Of a stretch of DNA of 64,000 nucleotides, positions 40,590 through 47,942 are shown piece by piece; the stretch's first letter is position 1, and each line of letters begins with the position of its first letter. Origin of the DNA: a virus; the IMG/VR virus record IMGVR_UViG_3300046170_000301; one strand, written 5' to 3'. Under the pieces are notes generated by a model. It made no database searches, had not been told where the DNA came from, and saw only the letters and a list, made by a program, of their open reading frames with translations. The position numbers were made by a program, and so were the translations under genes.

Positions 40590-41242
40590 TGGCATACTTT
40601 GAAAACATACCAAACATCGAATACGATACAAAACCAATTCAGTATCCTTTTTCTGAATCTGATTTTGTAGTAGCAAAAAATTTCTTCAGAAGATATCAAG
40701 TCAATCCTGATGTCTTTTCTTACTCAGTTTTCTTTAAGCAATATGCTATTGAAGAAGGAGAAAGACCAGACACTTTAGCAGACAAAGCATATGGAGACCC
40801 TTTCCTTGATTGGGTTATCATACTAACAAATAACCTCGTCAATCCTTTATTTGATTGGCCTTTATCTCAGTATCAACTAAGAAAATATTGTGAATCAAAT
40901 TATGATGACCCATATGGAACTATCATACACTACGAAACGTATGAAATAATCAATGATGTTGGTAACGTTGTTCTGAAAGAAGGGTTATCTGTTGACGAAA
41001 CTTTTTACAACGGCATATTTAAATATTGGAATGGTGATGAAGTAGTTCAAATTCCTGGCGCTCAAGCATGTAGACCGATAACAATCTTTGAATACGAAGA
41101 CCAAAAGAACGAAGAGAAAAGAGAAATCTTTTTGTTGAAACCAGATTATATTGAGTCTTTCATATCTGACTTCAGAAAAACAAATCTATATCAAAAGTCA
41201 AGTGACTACATCAATACAAAACTCAAGAAGACTGGAGTATAA
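40589..41242 (+). CDS. gp53: baseplate wedge subunit gp53
   Basis: YFENIP...ERPDTLA...YGDP.LDWVIILTN...DWPLS...NEEKREI.LLKP. Confidence 0.9.
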   Translation: MAYFENIPNIEYDTKPIQYPFSESDFVVAKNFFRRYQVNPDVFSYSVFFKQYAIEEGERPDTLADKAYGDPFLDWVIILTNNLVNPLFDWPLSQYQLRKYCESNYDDPYGTIIHYETYEIINDVGNVVLKEGLSVDETFYNGIFKYWNGDEVVQIPGAQACRPITIFEYEDQKNEEKREIFLLKPDYIESFISDFRKTNLYQKSSDYINTKLKKTGV

Positions 41243-41265
41243 AAAAAGAGGGGCAAATGCCCCTC
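41241..41265. terminator. bidirectional intrinsic terminator between convergent gp53 and gp32
   Basis: A7-GAGGGGC-AAAT-GCCCCTC, followed shortly by a T-run. Confidence 0.75.
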
Positions 41266-41317
41266 GACTTTTTTGACCATTTTTTGGCGGAAATTTTTTC
41301 TCCAATTAATGGTTTTT
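41261..41317. repeat. intergenic T-tract element, copy 2
   Basis: CCCTCGAC-T6-GACCA-T6-GGCGG-AAA-T6-C...TGGTTTTT; matches 22253-22310. Confidence 0.75.
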
Positions 41318-41328
41318 GTTTTTCAATT

Positions 41329-42234
41329 TTAGTCTTCCTCAGCAAGACGAGCGAAGTAACTAAGAGCATCGTTATCTTCATCAGAAGAACTACTCACACC
41401 AGCAGAAACTGGTTCTTTAGCAGTAATGTCTGGAGCATTGAAAGACATGGGTTCTTCTTCTTCCTCATGCTGTGCCTGACGGACAGCAGGAGAAGGAGTA
41501 GAATCAAGTCCAAGAGCAATGTTCAAACGATTATTAAGTTCTTCATAATTTTTGAACTCAGAAGGAGCAGTGAATGCTTCAAGAGAATACTGTTGCTTCC
41601 AGATGGATTCCATCTCTTCTTCATCAGGACTAAGAGCGGTAGGAGAAGCAAACTCAGAAGAATCGTAGTTCCAATAACCACCAATTGTTTTGATTTTCAG
41701 TTTGAAGTTAGCACCTTCCCAGAAGTCAAAGACGTTAACAGGAGTTTCGTCTTGAAACTCGGGTTGCATGGCAGCAAGAATCTTGTCATGAATCTTCTTA
41801 CCATACCTGTAGAGAAAAACTTTACCGTTGTTTTCTGGATGCTTGGAGTCGTTTACGACATAAATGTTGCTGTAGTAAGAAAGCTTACGCTTACGTTGGC
41901 GAGCAATATCTTTATCAGATTCATGACCGCTGTTCCACAGCTTCTGGTTGGTAGCACAAATGGGACACTTATCACCATTGGTAGTGAGACAGTTATCAAT
42001 CAACCAACCGCCAGGACCTTGGAAAGCATGAGAATAAATCTTTGCCCAAGGGAGAGACTCCCCTTCGGGAGCAGGAAGGAAACGAATAACAGCGTATCCA
42101 TTTCCAGAAGCATCAAGTTCTGGCTTCCACAGACGCTCGTCGGCACCATTACTATTGGTGCTGGACTTTTCAAGTTCCTTTTGAAGGAAGTCAAAGTTGG
42201 TCTGGGATTGACGCTTAAAATCAGCAAAAGACAT
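41329..42234 (-). CDS. gp32: single-stranded DNA-binding protein gp32
   Basis: DERLWK...GNGYAVIRFLP, H/C zinc ligands, FDFWEGANFKLK, NYDSSEF and acidic tail. Confidence 0.95.
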   Translation of the reverse strand: MSFADFKRQSQTNFDFLQKELEKSSTNSNGADERLWKPELDASGNGYAVIRFLPAPEGESLPWAKIYSHAFQGPGGWLIDNCLTTNGDKCPICATNQKLWNSGHESDKDIARQRKRKLSYYSNIYVVNDSKHPENNGKVFLYRYGKKIHDKILAAMQPEFQDETPVNVFDFWEGANFKLKIKTIGGYWNYDSSEFASPTALSPDEEEMESIWKQQYSLEAFTAPSEFKNYEELNNRLNIALGLDSTPSPAVRQAQHEEEEEPMSFNAPDITAKEPVSAGVSSSSDEDNDALSYFARLAEED

Positions 42235-42290
42235 ACGGATTACCTCAGATTTATTTGGATTTGGCCTTTGTGACTTGTGGTCACCTACAC

Positions 42291-42333
42291 ATTATAAGGG
42301 AGGCGGAGGGTAAAGTCAACCCCCTTCCGCCTC
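42291..42333 (-). promoter_or_regulatory. sigma70 promoter for gp32 with -35 inside a hairpin loop
   Basis: TTGACT-N17-TATAAT; flanking inverted repeat GAGGCGGAAGGG/CCCTCCGCCTC. Confidence 0.8.
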
Positions 42334-42666
42334 AAGTTGGGATTTAATGACAGAGATCTTCTTGGTAAGGTCATCGAACATCTCAAGGATGTTATCAGTA
42401 GGAGATGCCCCAAGCATCACGACAGCATCTTTCATTGATCGTGCCATCTCTTGTGCTTCTGGGTCATCACTTAATGTCAACCGATGATAAAAAATCTTCT
42501 GTTTTTCAATAAATGTTTCAAGAACATTGAAGTATTCCATTTGTTTTTCAGGAGATAAAGCAGGAAATGCTACCATTGACCTCATACAAAACTGCTGAAG
42601 GTCAGACATTTCCTGAATATCACCACGAACTAATTCAGATTTAAAAAATTCAGACATATTATACAA
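42316..42666 (-). CDS. DUF1825-like protein
   Basis: FFKSELVR...IEKQKIFYHRLTLSDDPEA; usual position upstream of gp32. Confidence 0.75.
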   Translation of the reverse strand: MYNMSEFFKSELVRGDIQEMSDLQQFCMRSMVAFPALSPEKQMEYFNVLETFIEKQKIFYHRLTLSDDPEAQEMARSMKDAVVMLGASPTDNILEMFDDLTKKISVIKSQLEAEGG

Positions 42667-42904
42667 GCATAAGTTTTGCTCTTGATGTTTTCTTAATGAA
42701 GTTTAACTTCTGGGCATCGTATTTAAGTTTCTCTTTCAATGGTTTTGAAATTAACTTAGATACTGATTCAATTTCAATTTCATTCTTCTCACAGTAGTGA
42801 ACAATAGCGTCAATATAATTCATTGAGTTTTCGTGTGCTATCTTTTCAACATCCTGTGAGAACCTCGCCGTTGTCATAAACTTGTCCTCCAGTTTTTCTA
42901 TCAT
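42659..42904 (-). CDS. gp33: late promoter transcription accessory protein gp33
   Basis: FSQDVE...NYIDAIVHYCEKNEIEIE...LISKPLKEKL; start ATG 42904. Confidence 0.88.
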   Translation of the reverse strand: MIEKLEDKFMTTARFSQDVEKIAHENSMNYIDAIVHYCEKNEIEIESVSKLISKPLKEKLKYDAQKLNFIKKTSRAKLMLV

Positions 42905-43574
42905 TTTTTTCTCTATACTCCTCGATGTACTCTTGTAACCTATCAAGATACTCTTTTTTAGGAGGCACAGCTTCAACTTGAACGTCTCCGTTCTCACAAA
43001 CAATAATAGTAACAAGTTGCTTTACAGATAAACCATAGAGTTCTTGTAACATACAGGCATAAGCACATTCTTGAACAAAATAGTCGTAAAGATATGCCTT
43101 ATTCTTTTCCTTTGCTGATGTTTTAAAATCAATTATTGATAGTTCACCATCATATTCTGCTATACAGTCCACACGCCCAGCGATTTGTAAATAGTCAGAA
43201 TAGAGTGCCGCTTCTTGTAGGTATATGTTATTTATCTTATTTAAAATTTTAGTCGAGGAGTCAAACATAATCCACGGCAAAGGTAGGTCTCTATATTTTT
43301 TGGTGTCCAACTCATTGTTGAGATAATCTTCAATGAGTTTATGGACTCTTGTTCCACGTCCAGCAGCACGATTAGAAATTGCTTGTGCTTTATCTTTACC
43401 TACCCTTGCTTTCCATTTAGCAAGACTTGCTTGCTTTCTACTATTGCTTCCAATCACGGTGGTTACAGATGGATATTTTCCCCCACTTGGTACACAATAA
43501 TGTCGCTTGCCATTTATATTAACGGTGTTCAATTCAATGGGGACAATCGAACCAACGTGATTGAATGTTTTCAT
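42846..43574 (-). CDS. PD-(D/E)XK exonuclease
   Basis: YPSVTTV, GTRVH, AGRVDCIAEYDG.LSIIDFKT and YFVQ..AY. Confidence 0.85.
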   Translation of the reverse strand: MKTFNHVGSIVPIELNTVNINGKRHYCVPSGGKYPSVTTVIGSNSRKQASLAKWKARVGKDKAQAISNRAAGRGTRVHKLIEDYLNNELDTKKYRDLPLPWIMFDSSTKILNKINNIYLQEAALYSDYLQIAGRVDCIAEYDGELSIIDFKTSAKEKNKAYLYDYFVQECAYACMLQELYGLSVKQLVTIIVCENGDVQVEAVPPKKEYLDRLQEYIEEYREKNDRKTGGQVYDNGEVLTGC

Positions 43575-44323
43575 AATCCTAAATTAATTTTACTAATGAG
43601 ATAAGATTTAACCAAACCAGACCTTACGATATCTTCAATGCCAAATTCAATGAGAGAAAACTCATCCATATTCTGAAGAATTTTTTGGAAGTCAATGATT
43701 CCAGACCTCTCGTTGCTTCTTTGTAGGTCTGTTTGATTAGCATCCCCACAAAACATAATCTTAGTATCTTTACCAACACGAGTCATGATTGAATCAAGTT
43801 CGTGGAAGTTAAGATTTTGACATTCATCTACAATAACAATACAGTTATCTAATGTAGAACCACGTAAGAATGATGTGCTCCAGAAACTAATAGTTTCCTG
43901 TGCTTTTAGATTCTCATATAACATTTCAAACGAAGCATCATCTGGCATTTCAAACATGTATTTTACCATGTTTTTGTATGGAATCTGATAGAGAGAAGAT
44001 TTATCTTCATGTGTTCCAGGAAGGAATCCAATCTCTCTTGTAGCAACCAATGAACGAACGATATAAACTTTATCGTATGGCGAATCTTCGTTTAATACAT
44101 CACGAAGAGCTAAGTAAAGAGCAACAAATGTTTTTCCTGTACCAGCACAACCATAGACAAATAAATTCTGATCGTTTTCATACTCCTCAAACATAACACA
44201 TTGGTTATCTGTTAGAGGTTCAACAGGAATCATGTATGCCTCATCAATAGGCTTGCGACGCTTCTTTTGCTTCACACTCATACCTTGTCCAGGTCCTTTC
44301 GTAGTCTTCTTTCTTACTGGCAT
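43571..44323 (-). CDS. phoH: PhoH-family ATPase
   Basis: GCAGTGKT, IGFLPG, FLRGST, IVDECQN, GDANQTD and DIVRSGLV; start ATG 44323. Confidence 0.93.
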   Translation of the reverse strand: MPVRKKTTKGPGQGMSVKQKKRRKPIDEAYMIPVEPLTDNQCVMFEEYENDQNLFVYGCAGTGKTFVALYLALRDVLNEDSPYDKVYIVRSLVATREIGFLPGTHEDKSSLYQIPYKNMVKYMFEMPDDASFEMLYENLKAQETISFWSTSFLRGSTLDNCIVIVDECQNLNFHELDSIMTRVGKDTKIMFCGDANQTDLQRSNERSGIIDFQKILQNMDEFSLIEFGIEDIVRSGLVKSYLISKINLGL

Positions 44324-44327
44324 ATGA

Positions 44328-44606
44328 TTAACGATACTTGTCGGTAATAGTTTTGTTTCCTTTGACTGCTGCCTGAGGAGCAATCTTGTTCTTCATAATG
44401 TCATGGAATCCAGGATGAGTTCTGCTCATCTTGTCTCGCCAGTCACCTACCTCACCAGAGGAAGGACAAGTAAGTGGATCACTCCAGTCTCTTGTCCAGT
44501 CTGGATTATCAGTCTTCCACTGATCCCAATCATGGACGCTGAGCACAACGTCCTTTTGTTCACCAGTTTTAGTATTAATTACAGGGTATGTCGCCAAAAA
44601 TTTCAC
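44328..44606 (-). CDS. conserved cyanophage hypothetical protein
   Basis: ATYPVINTKTGEQK...WDQWK.DNPDW.RDWSDP...GEVGDW. Confidence 0.75.
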   Translation of the reverse strand: MKFLATYPVINTKTGEQKDVVLSVHDWDQWKTDNPDWTRDWSDPLTCPSSGEVGDWRDKMSRTHPGFHDIMKNKIAPQAAVKGNKTITDKYR

Positions 44607-44695
44607 CTCCTAAATTTTGTGAAGTTATTTATTGTTTAAATGGGAAGATATTTTCATAATATGATTTGTAAAATCTTCCATGGATACATTACAGA

Positions 44696-44951
44696 ACCCA
44701 TTGATTTTCTACCCCCCCAAGTGCTTCTGCACAGATAGGAAATTGCTTGACAAAGATTTTTTTACATTCTTTAGCAATATCCATATGCTCTTTTTGCGTT
44801 CCATGTTTTTCTCGGAGTGCAATACCCATTGATTTTCTACTCCCCCAAGTGCTTCTGCACAGATAGGAAATTGCTTGGCAAAGATTTTTTTACATTCTTT
44901 AGCAATATCCATATGCTCTTTTTGCGTTCCATTTTTTTCTCGGAGTGCAAT
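44696..44951. repeat. 128-bp tandem duplication of the thyX 3' end (3 mismatches)
   Basis: 44696-44823 repeats 44824-44951; the period is not a multiple of 3. Confidence 0.9.
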
Positions 44952-45476
44952 ATATGTGATCCATGATCTACAACTACCTGCCATATAAAGACGGGTAGGA
45001 GTTGCCAGAGGAAGAACAAAACGGGCACACTCTTTAGCAATACCCTTCTCTATCATTTGCTTGTAGATATCCATGCCACTTTGGAAGTGTCGTTGGATAG
45101 TAATCTCAAGCTCTTGCTTCAAGAAAGGATCAACATCATCGATAGAGTTCTGCCTGTTCTTTGTATCCTGACTGCGAAGATCAAACATAGGGATCTCATC
45201 CGCCAGCATAGAACTATCAGCATACCGCTGAGAAAACTCTTGAAATGTGAACGAACGGTGGCGCAGGATTTGAGCTGAGATACCACGATTCGTTTCAATC
45301 TCAAGCGTCATGAACGCTTGCTCAAACACAGACCAGTGGTTGTGCTTGATACAATACTTCAGGAGACCAGCGACGTTAGGATTCTCCTGATTGTTGGGGT
45401 TCGAGACTCTCGCTACGTAACCCATCATCTTCTCTGCTTCTGGTGTCACTGACACCAACTTCACTAACTGACTCAT
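44709..45476 (-). CDS. thyX: flavin-dependent thymidylate synthase
   Basis: HWSVFE, QILRHRSFTFQEFSQRY and KECARFVLP; start ATG 45476; C-terminus extended by the duplication. Confidence 0.93.
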   Translation of the reverse strand: MSQLVKLVSVTPEAEKMMGYVARVSNPNNQENPNVAGLLKYCIKHNHWSVFEQAFMTLEIETNRGISAQILRHRSFTFQEFSQRYADSSMLADEIPMFDLRSQDTKNRQNSIDDVDPFLKQELEITIQRHFQSGMDIYKQMIEKGIAKECARFVLPLATPTRLYMAGSCRSWITYIALREKNGTQKEHMDIAKECKKIFAKQFPICAEALGGVENQWVLHSEKNMERKKSIWILLKNVKKSLSSNFLSVQKHLGG

Positions 45477-45642
45477 AGTTGTATCCAAATCCTCTTTGTG
45501 TTTTTTCGTAGTTAATAAGGTCTCGACGAAGTTTTTGAATGGTAGCATATCTTTGTTTCAGGATTTTATATTCTTCATCATTATAAAGATGTCCTTTATC
45601 TAAAGCAGCTTTTATTTGCTTCGTTAATGTTTTGTAGCTCAT
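45376..45642 (-). CDS. hypothetical protein; 3' part overlaps the thyX start
   Basis: first gene after a perfect sigma70 promoter; HLYNDEEY...RGFG. Confidence 0.6.
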   Translation of the reverse strand: MSYKTLTKQIKAALDKGHLYNDEEYKILKQRYATIQKLRRDLINYEKTQRGFGYNYESVSEVGVSDTRSREDDGLRSESLEPQQSGES

Positions 45643-45666
45643 GGCAGTATTAAGTTTGTCATGTAC

Positions 45667-45703
45667 ATTATAGCAAAAAAAAGAGGGGTTGTCAAGACCC
45701 CTC
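45667..45703 (-). promoter_or_regulatory. consensus sigma70 promoter embedded in an intrinsic terminator
   Basis: GAGGGG-TC TTGACA A-CCCCTC-T8-GC-TATAAT; exact TTGACA-N17-TATAAT. Confidence 0.88.
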
Positions 45704-45847
45704 GGATTCTAAGAGTTGTTCAAACCAATCTCGTAAATGAACAAGATAACACGACCAATACGTACACCCTCTATAGATTAGTTGATAACATGCTGGTGGT
45801 CTGTTATCTTTATCCATGTCATCATGATGATAGACATAGTTATCCAT
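45692..45847 (-). CDS. microprotein (51 aa) with an LxYRGxxY motif
   Basis: MDNYVYHHDDMDKDNRPPACYQLIYRGCTYWSCYLVHLRDWFEQLLESEGS*. Confidence 0.6.
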   Translation of the reverse strand: MDNYVYHHDDMDKDNRPPACYQLIYRGCTYWSCYLVHLRDWFEQLLESEGS

Positions 45848-45850
45848 TTA

Positions 45851-45961
45851 TCATTTTGCTGTTTTACATTGACAGATTTGACAAAGAGCAGCTTGATGCT
45901 TCCTATCCTCTTTTTGTTTTTGTTGTTTAATCATTTGAAGAACATTGAGTTTAGTTGTCAT
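45851..45961 (-). CDS. basic microprotein (36 aa)
   Basis: MTTKLNVLQMIKQQKQKEDRKHQAALCQICQCKTAK*; TGATG coupling to the upstream ORF; GGAGG RBS. Confidence 0.6.
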   Translation of the reverse strand: MTTKLNVLQMIKQQKQKEDRKHQAALCQICQCKTAK

Positions 45962-46098
45962 CATTTGTGACCCTCCTTCACGAAACGAATGCCACGATAA
46001 GCTTCGTTGTATTGCTGAGGTTGCTGCTGTGCTTGTGACTGTTTTTGGCGACGAGCTTCGATGTCATATGCAACACCACGATATACTACTTTAGCCAT
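45961..46098 (-). CDS. DUF4278-family microprotein (45 aa)
   Basis: MAKVVYRGVAYD...YRGIRF (two YRG motifs); GGAGG RBS. Confidence 0.8.
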   Translation of the reverse strand: MAKVVYRGVAYDIEARRQKQSQAQQQPQQYNEAYRGIRFVKEGHK

Positions 46099-46134
46099 TA
46101 GGATTTCCTCCAAAGAAATGAGATTGTTAAGTCC

Positions 46135-46227
46135 CGTTCCTTCGGGCGGTTTGCGTTCGCTATTTGAAAATAGCGAATGAACGTCCCGTTCCGCCGTCCT
46201 ACTTGCGTCCGATTTCTCGGATGAACG
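46135..46227 (-). ncRNA. tandem glutamine riboswitch (glnA / Downstream-peptide class)
   Basis: two units of CGTTCA-[hairpin]-CGCAA...GGAACG (hairpins TCCGA-GAAA-TCGGA and TTCGCTATT-TTCA-AATAGCGAA) between a promoter and a DUF4278 gene. Confidence 0.8.
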
Positions 46228-46234
46228 TGGATAC

Positions 46235-46263
46235 ATTATAGCGTATCTATACTATGTAGTCAA
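46235..46263 (-). promoter_or_regulatory. sigma70 promoter of the riboswitch operon
   Basis: TTGACT-N17-TATAAT; predicted start about 46228, at the first aptamer. Confidence 0.85.
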
Positions 46264-46270
46264 GGGGCTT

Positions 46271-46286
46271 TGTAAAATGTGATACA
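46271..46286. promoter_or_regulatory. NtcA-like binding site
   Basis: TGTA-AAATGTGA-TACA equals the consensus GTA-N8-TAC, just upstream of the -35 box. Confidence 0.6.
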
Positions 46287-46291
46287 ATATT

Positions 46292-46453
46292 TTATATGAG
46301 CCAGAAAGTATCGTTCTTCCCCTTACAAGACTTTCTTATTTTAATACCGTATCCATTTTCCATCAGGTGTCTGGCATTAAGAACCTTTACGTCATCAATC
46401 TTGGTAACTTTCCAATACTGAATACAAAATGTATTTTGTTTGCTACTTTACAT
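46292..46453 (-). pseudogene. probable degraded small gene (ATG followed directly by TAA)
   Basis: M*SSKQNTFCIQYWKV...ARHLMENGYGIKIRKSCKGKNDTFWLI*. Confidence 0.4.
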
Positions 46454-46748
46454 TTTTCTTTTTAGATTCTTTTGGTTTTACTCCCCACAGTTTTGGATTT
46501 CTCCTGCCATCAGTCCATTCCATACTTTGAATAACATTACCAAGCCTATCATAATAAGCATCAAAGATATCACAACTTAATCCCATCACAATATCATACC
46601 ATTCTTCATCATCTTTTTTTGATTTAACAAGATATGTATTTGATGGGAGAGATTTGTCTTTTGCTGCTTCAATATCACAGTTTGAAGCTATTACTTTGAT
46701 AGAATAATTCTCAACAAATTTTACATCCTCTCCCGACATAACCATCAA
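46443..46748 (-). CDS. conserved cyanophage hypothetical protein
   Basis: DKSLPSNTYLV...YDIV...IFDAYYD...GRRNPKLWG. Confidence 0.75.
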   Translation of the reverse strand: MMVMSGEDVKFVENYSIKVIASNCDIEAAKDKSLPSNTYLVKSKKDDEEWYDIVMGLSCDIFDAYYDRLGNVIQSMEWTDGRRNPKLWGVKPKESKKKNVK

Positions 46749-47176
46749 CCCCTATTTCCCCACTGAATCTGTGGGAACGCTTCCTCCACACACGCCCTGG
46801 TGACCTTGTAACGCTTGCCAAGTGCTTTGTCCTTGACCATAGTCAAGACCGACGCTTCCTCTTCGTGTAGGCCCTCCAGCATCTGAATGAAGAGGTTCTC
46901 ACGCTGGGTCTGGTTCAAAGATGAACCACCCTTAAAAAAGATGTATAGTTTACGATACTCTTTTTCAAGAATAGTATGCTCTGTTCCTTTAGGAGCATCG
47001 TTAGGAGTGTATGGAACTTCACCTTCGGGAAGAAGACAGATAACACTTTCATCAAAATTGGCAATCAAAATTTGACGAAGAGCGTCGCTGTTATTTTCAC
47101 GAATTAGTTTAATCTTTTCTACTTTGGTTTTGGCGTTACTCACTTTTTGGAGCACTTCAGAAATTAGTAATCTCAT
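46745..47176 (-). CDS. conserved T4-like cyanophage hypothetical protein
   Basis: LLISEVLQKVS...LPEGEVPY...RENLFIQMLEGLH; TATAAATA late promoter at 47213-47220. Confidence 0.8.
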   Translation of the reverse strand: MRLLISEVLQKVSNAKTKVEKIKLIRENNSDALRQILIANFDESVICLLPEGEVPYTPNDAPKGTEHTILEKEYRKLYIFFKGGSSLNQTQRENLFIQMLEGLHEEEASVLTMVKDKALGKRYKVTRACVEEAFPQIQWGNRG

Positions 47177-47224
47177 TTTTAAAATATGATAATGGAATTT
47201 TTTTCTTAATACTATTTATAGCAA

Positions 47225-47461
47225 TCAATGATAATCATCCTCTTCTTCTTCCTCTTCATGCTCAACAAATCTTACAGAATAAAGTTCTTCATTAATCCAG
47301 AACCCATCTTCGTCAAGCATTTCGGGATGAGGATGGAATGTATTATTTGGGGCAAAGTAGTTATAAGCAAAATCATTTACTGTCCATCCAATTGATATAC
47401 CAACCACTAGAAAAAGCATCATGATTGTTGCCGAGAAAAAAAGTATAACTTCGATAGACAT
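47225..47461 (-). CDS. small membrane protein
   Basis: N-terminal TM helix, HPEMLDEDG, acidic tail; AGGAG RBS. Confidence 0.75.
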   Translation of the reverse strand: MSIEVILFFSATIMMLFLVVGISIGWTVNDFAYNYFAPNNTFHPHPEMLDEDGFWINEELYSVRFVEHEEEEEEDDYH

Positions 47462-47478
47462 TTGTATTGCTCCTTAGG

Positions 47479-47640
47479 TTAACTACCCTCCCAAGAAAAA
47501 TCAAATGTAATTTGAATTTTTTTATTGAGGAGGGAAATGATCTTATGTAAATGTATTCCTTTTTTGTTTTCTTCTTTCTTTTCCCTCCTGAGCATCAGCT
47601 CTACACCCCTATTTATGGGGATTTCCTGTCTTTTATTCAT
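47479..47640 (-). CDS. small hypothetical protein (53 aa)
   Basis: MNKRQEIPINRGVELMLRREKK...FDFSWEGS*; fills the gap between two genes. Confidence 0.6.
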   Translation of the reverse strand: MNKRQEIPINRGVELMLRREKKEENKKGIHLHKIISLLNKKIQITFDFSWEGS

Positions 47641-47890
47641 GTTTCTTTGAACTTACCAATCCTTTATCTACAAAGTATTTAACTGTAGGAACTAGCCCCC
47701 CAACTTCTTCGTCATCAATAATAACATATGGAAAGCCAGAAGCAAAGGGATACTTGATTTTGAAATCTTCCTTCAACATGTCTCGGGGAATCCTTACCTC
47801 AGTATAATCTTTGATTCCAGCTCTACTCATCAACTCTTTTATCTTAACACAGTATCCACAACCTGTTGTAGTGTAAATTGTAATGTCCAT
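47633..47890 (-). CDS. nrdC: glutaredoxin
   Basis: IYTTTGCGYC...GFPYVIID...GG; start ATG 47890. Confidence 0.85.
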   Translation of the reverse strand: MDITIYTTTGCGYCVKIKELMSRAGIKDYTEVRIPRDMLKEDFKIKYPFASGFPYVIIDDEEVGGLVPTVKYFVDKGLVSSKKHE

Positions 47891-47916
47891 AAAAAATGGG
47901 GGATTTTCATCCCCCA
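47891..47916 (-). terminator. psbA intrinsic terminator
   Basis: TGGGGGATGAAAATCCCCCA-TTTTT. Confidence 0.75.
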
Positions 47917-47942
47917 CAGCATACCAAGTTTTTTGGATTATG

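Noticed and set aside
41257-42273. 338-aa plus-strand ORF
   Set aside because: Antisense shadow of gp32; no motifs; explained by codon bias of a highly expressed gene.
42846-43574. Exonuclease as a CRISPR Cas4
   Set aside because: No array or cas genes; it lacks the C-terminal Cys cluster and sits in the usual phoH-gp33 context.
44696-44951. Repeat pair as a DGR template/variable repeat
   Set aside because: Only 3 differences, one not at an adenine, and no reverse transcriptase in the window.
46099-46236. N-terminal extension of the DUF4278 ORF to 91 aa
   Set aside because: Its ATG overlaps the -10 box upstream of the predicted TSS and it crosses the riboswitch; the RBS supports ATG 46098.
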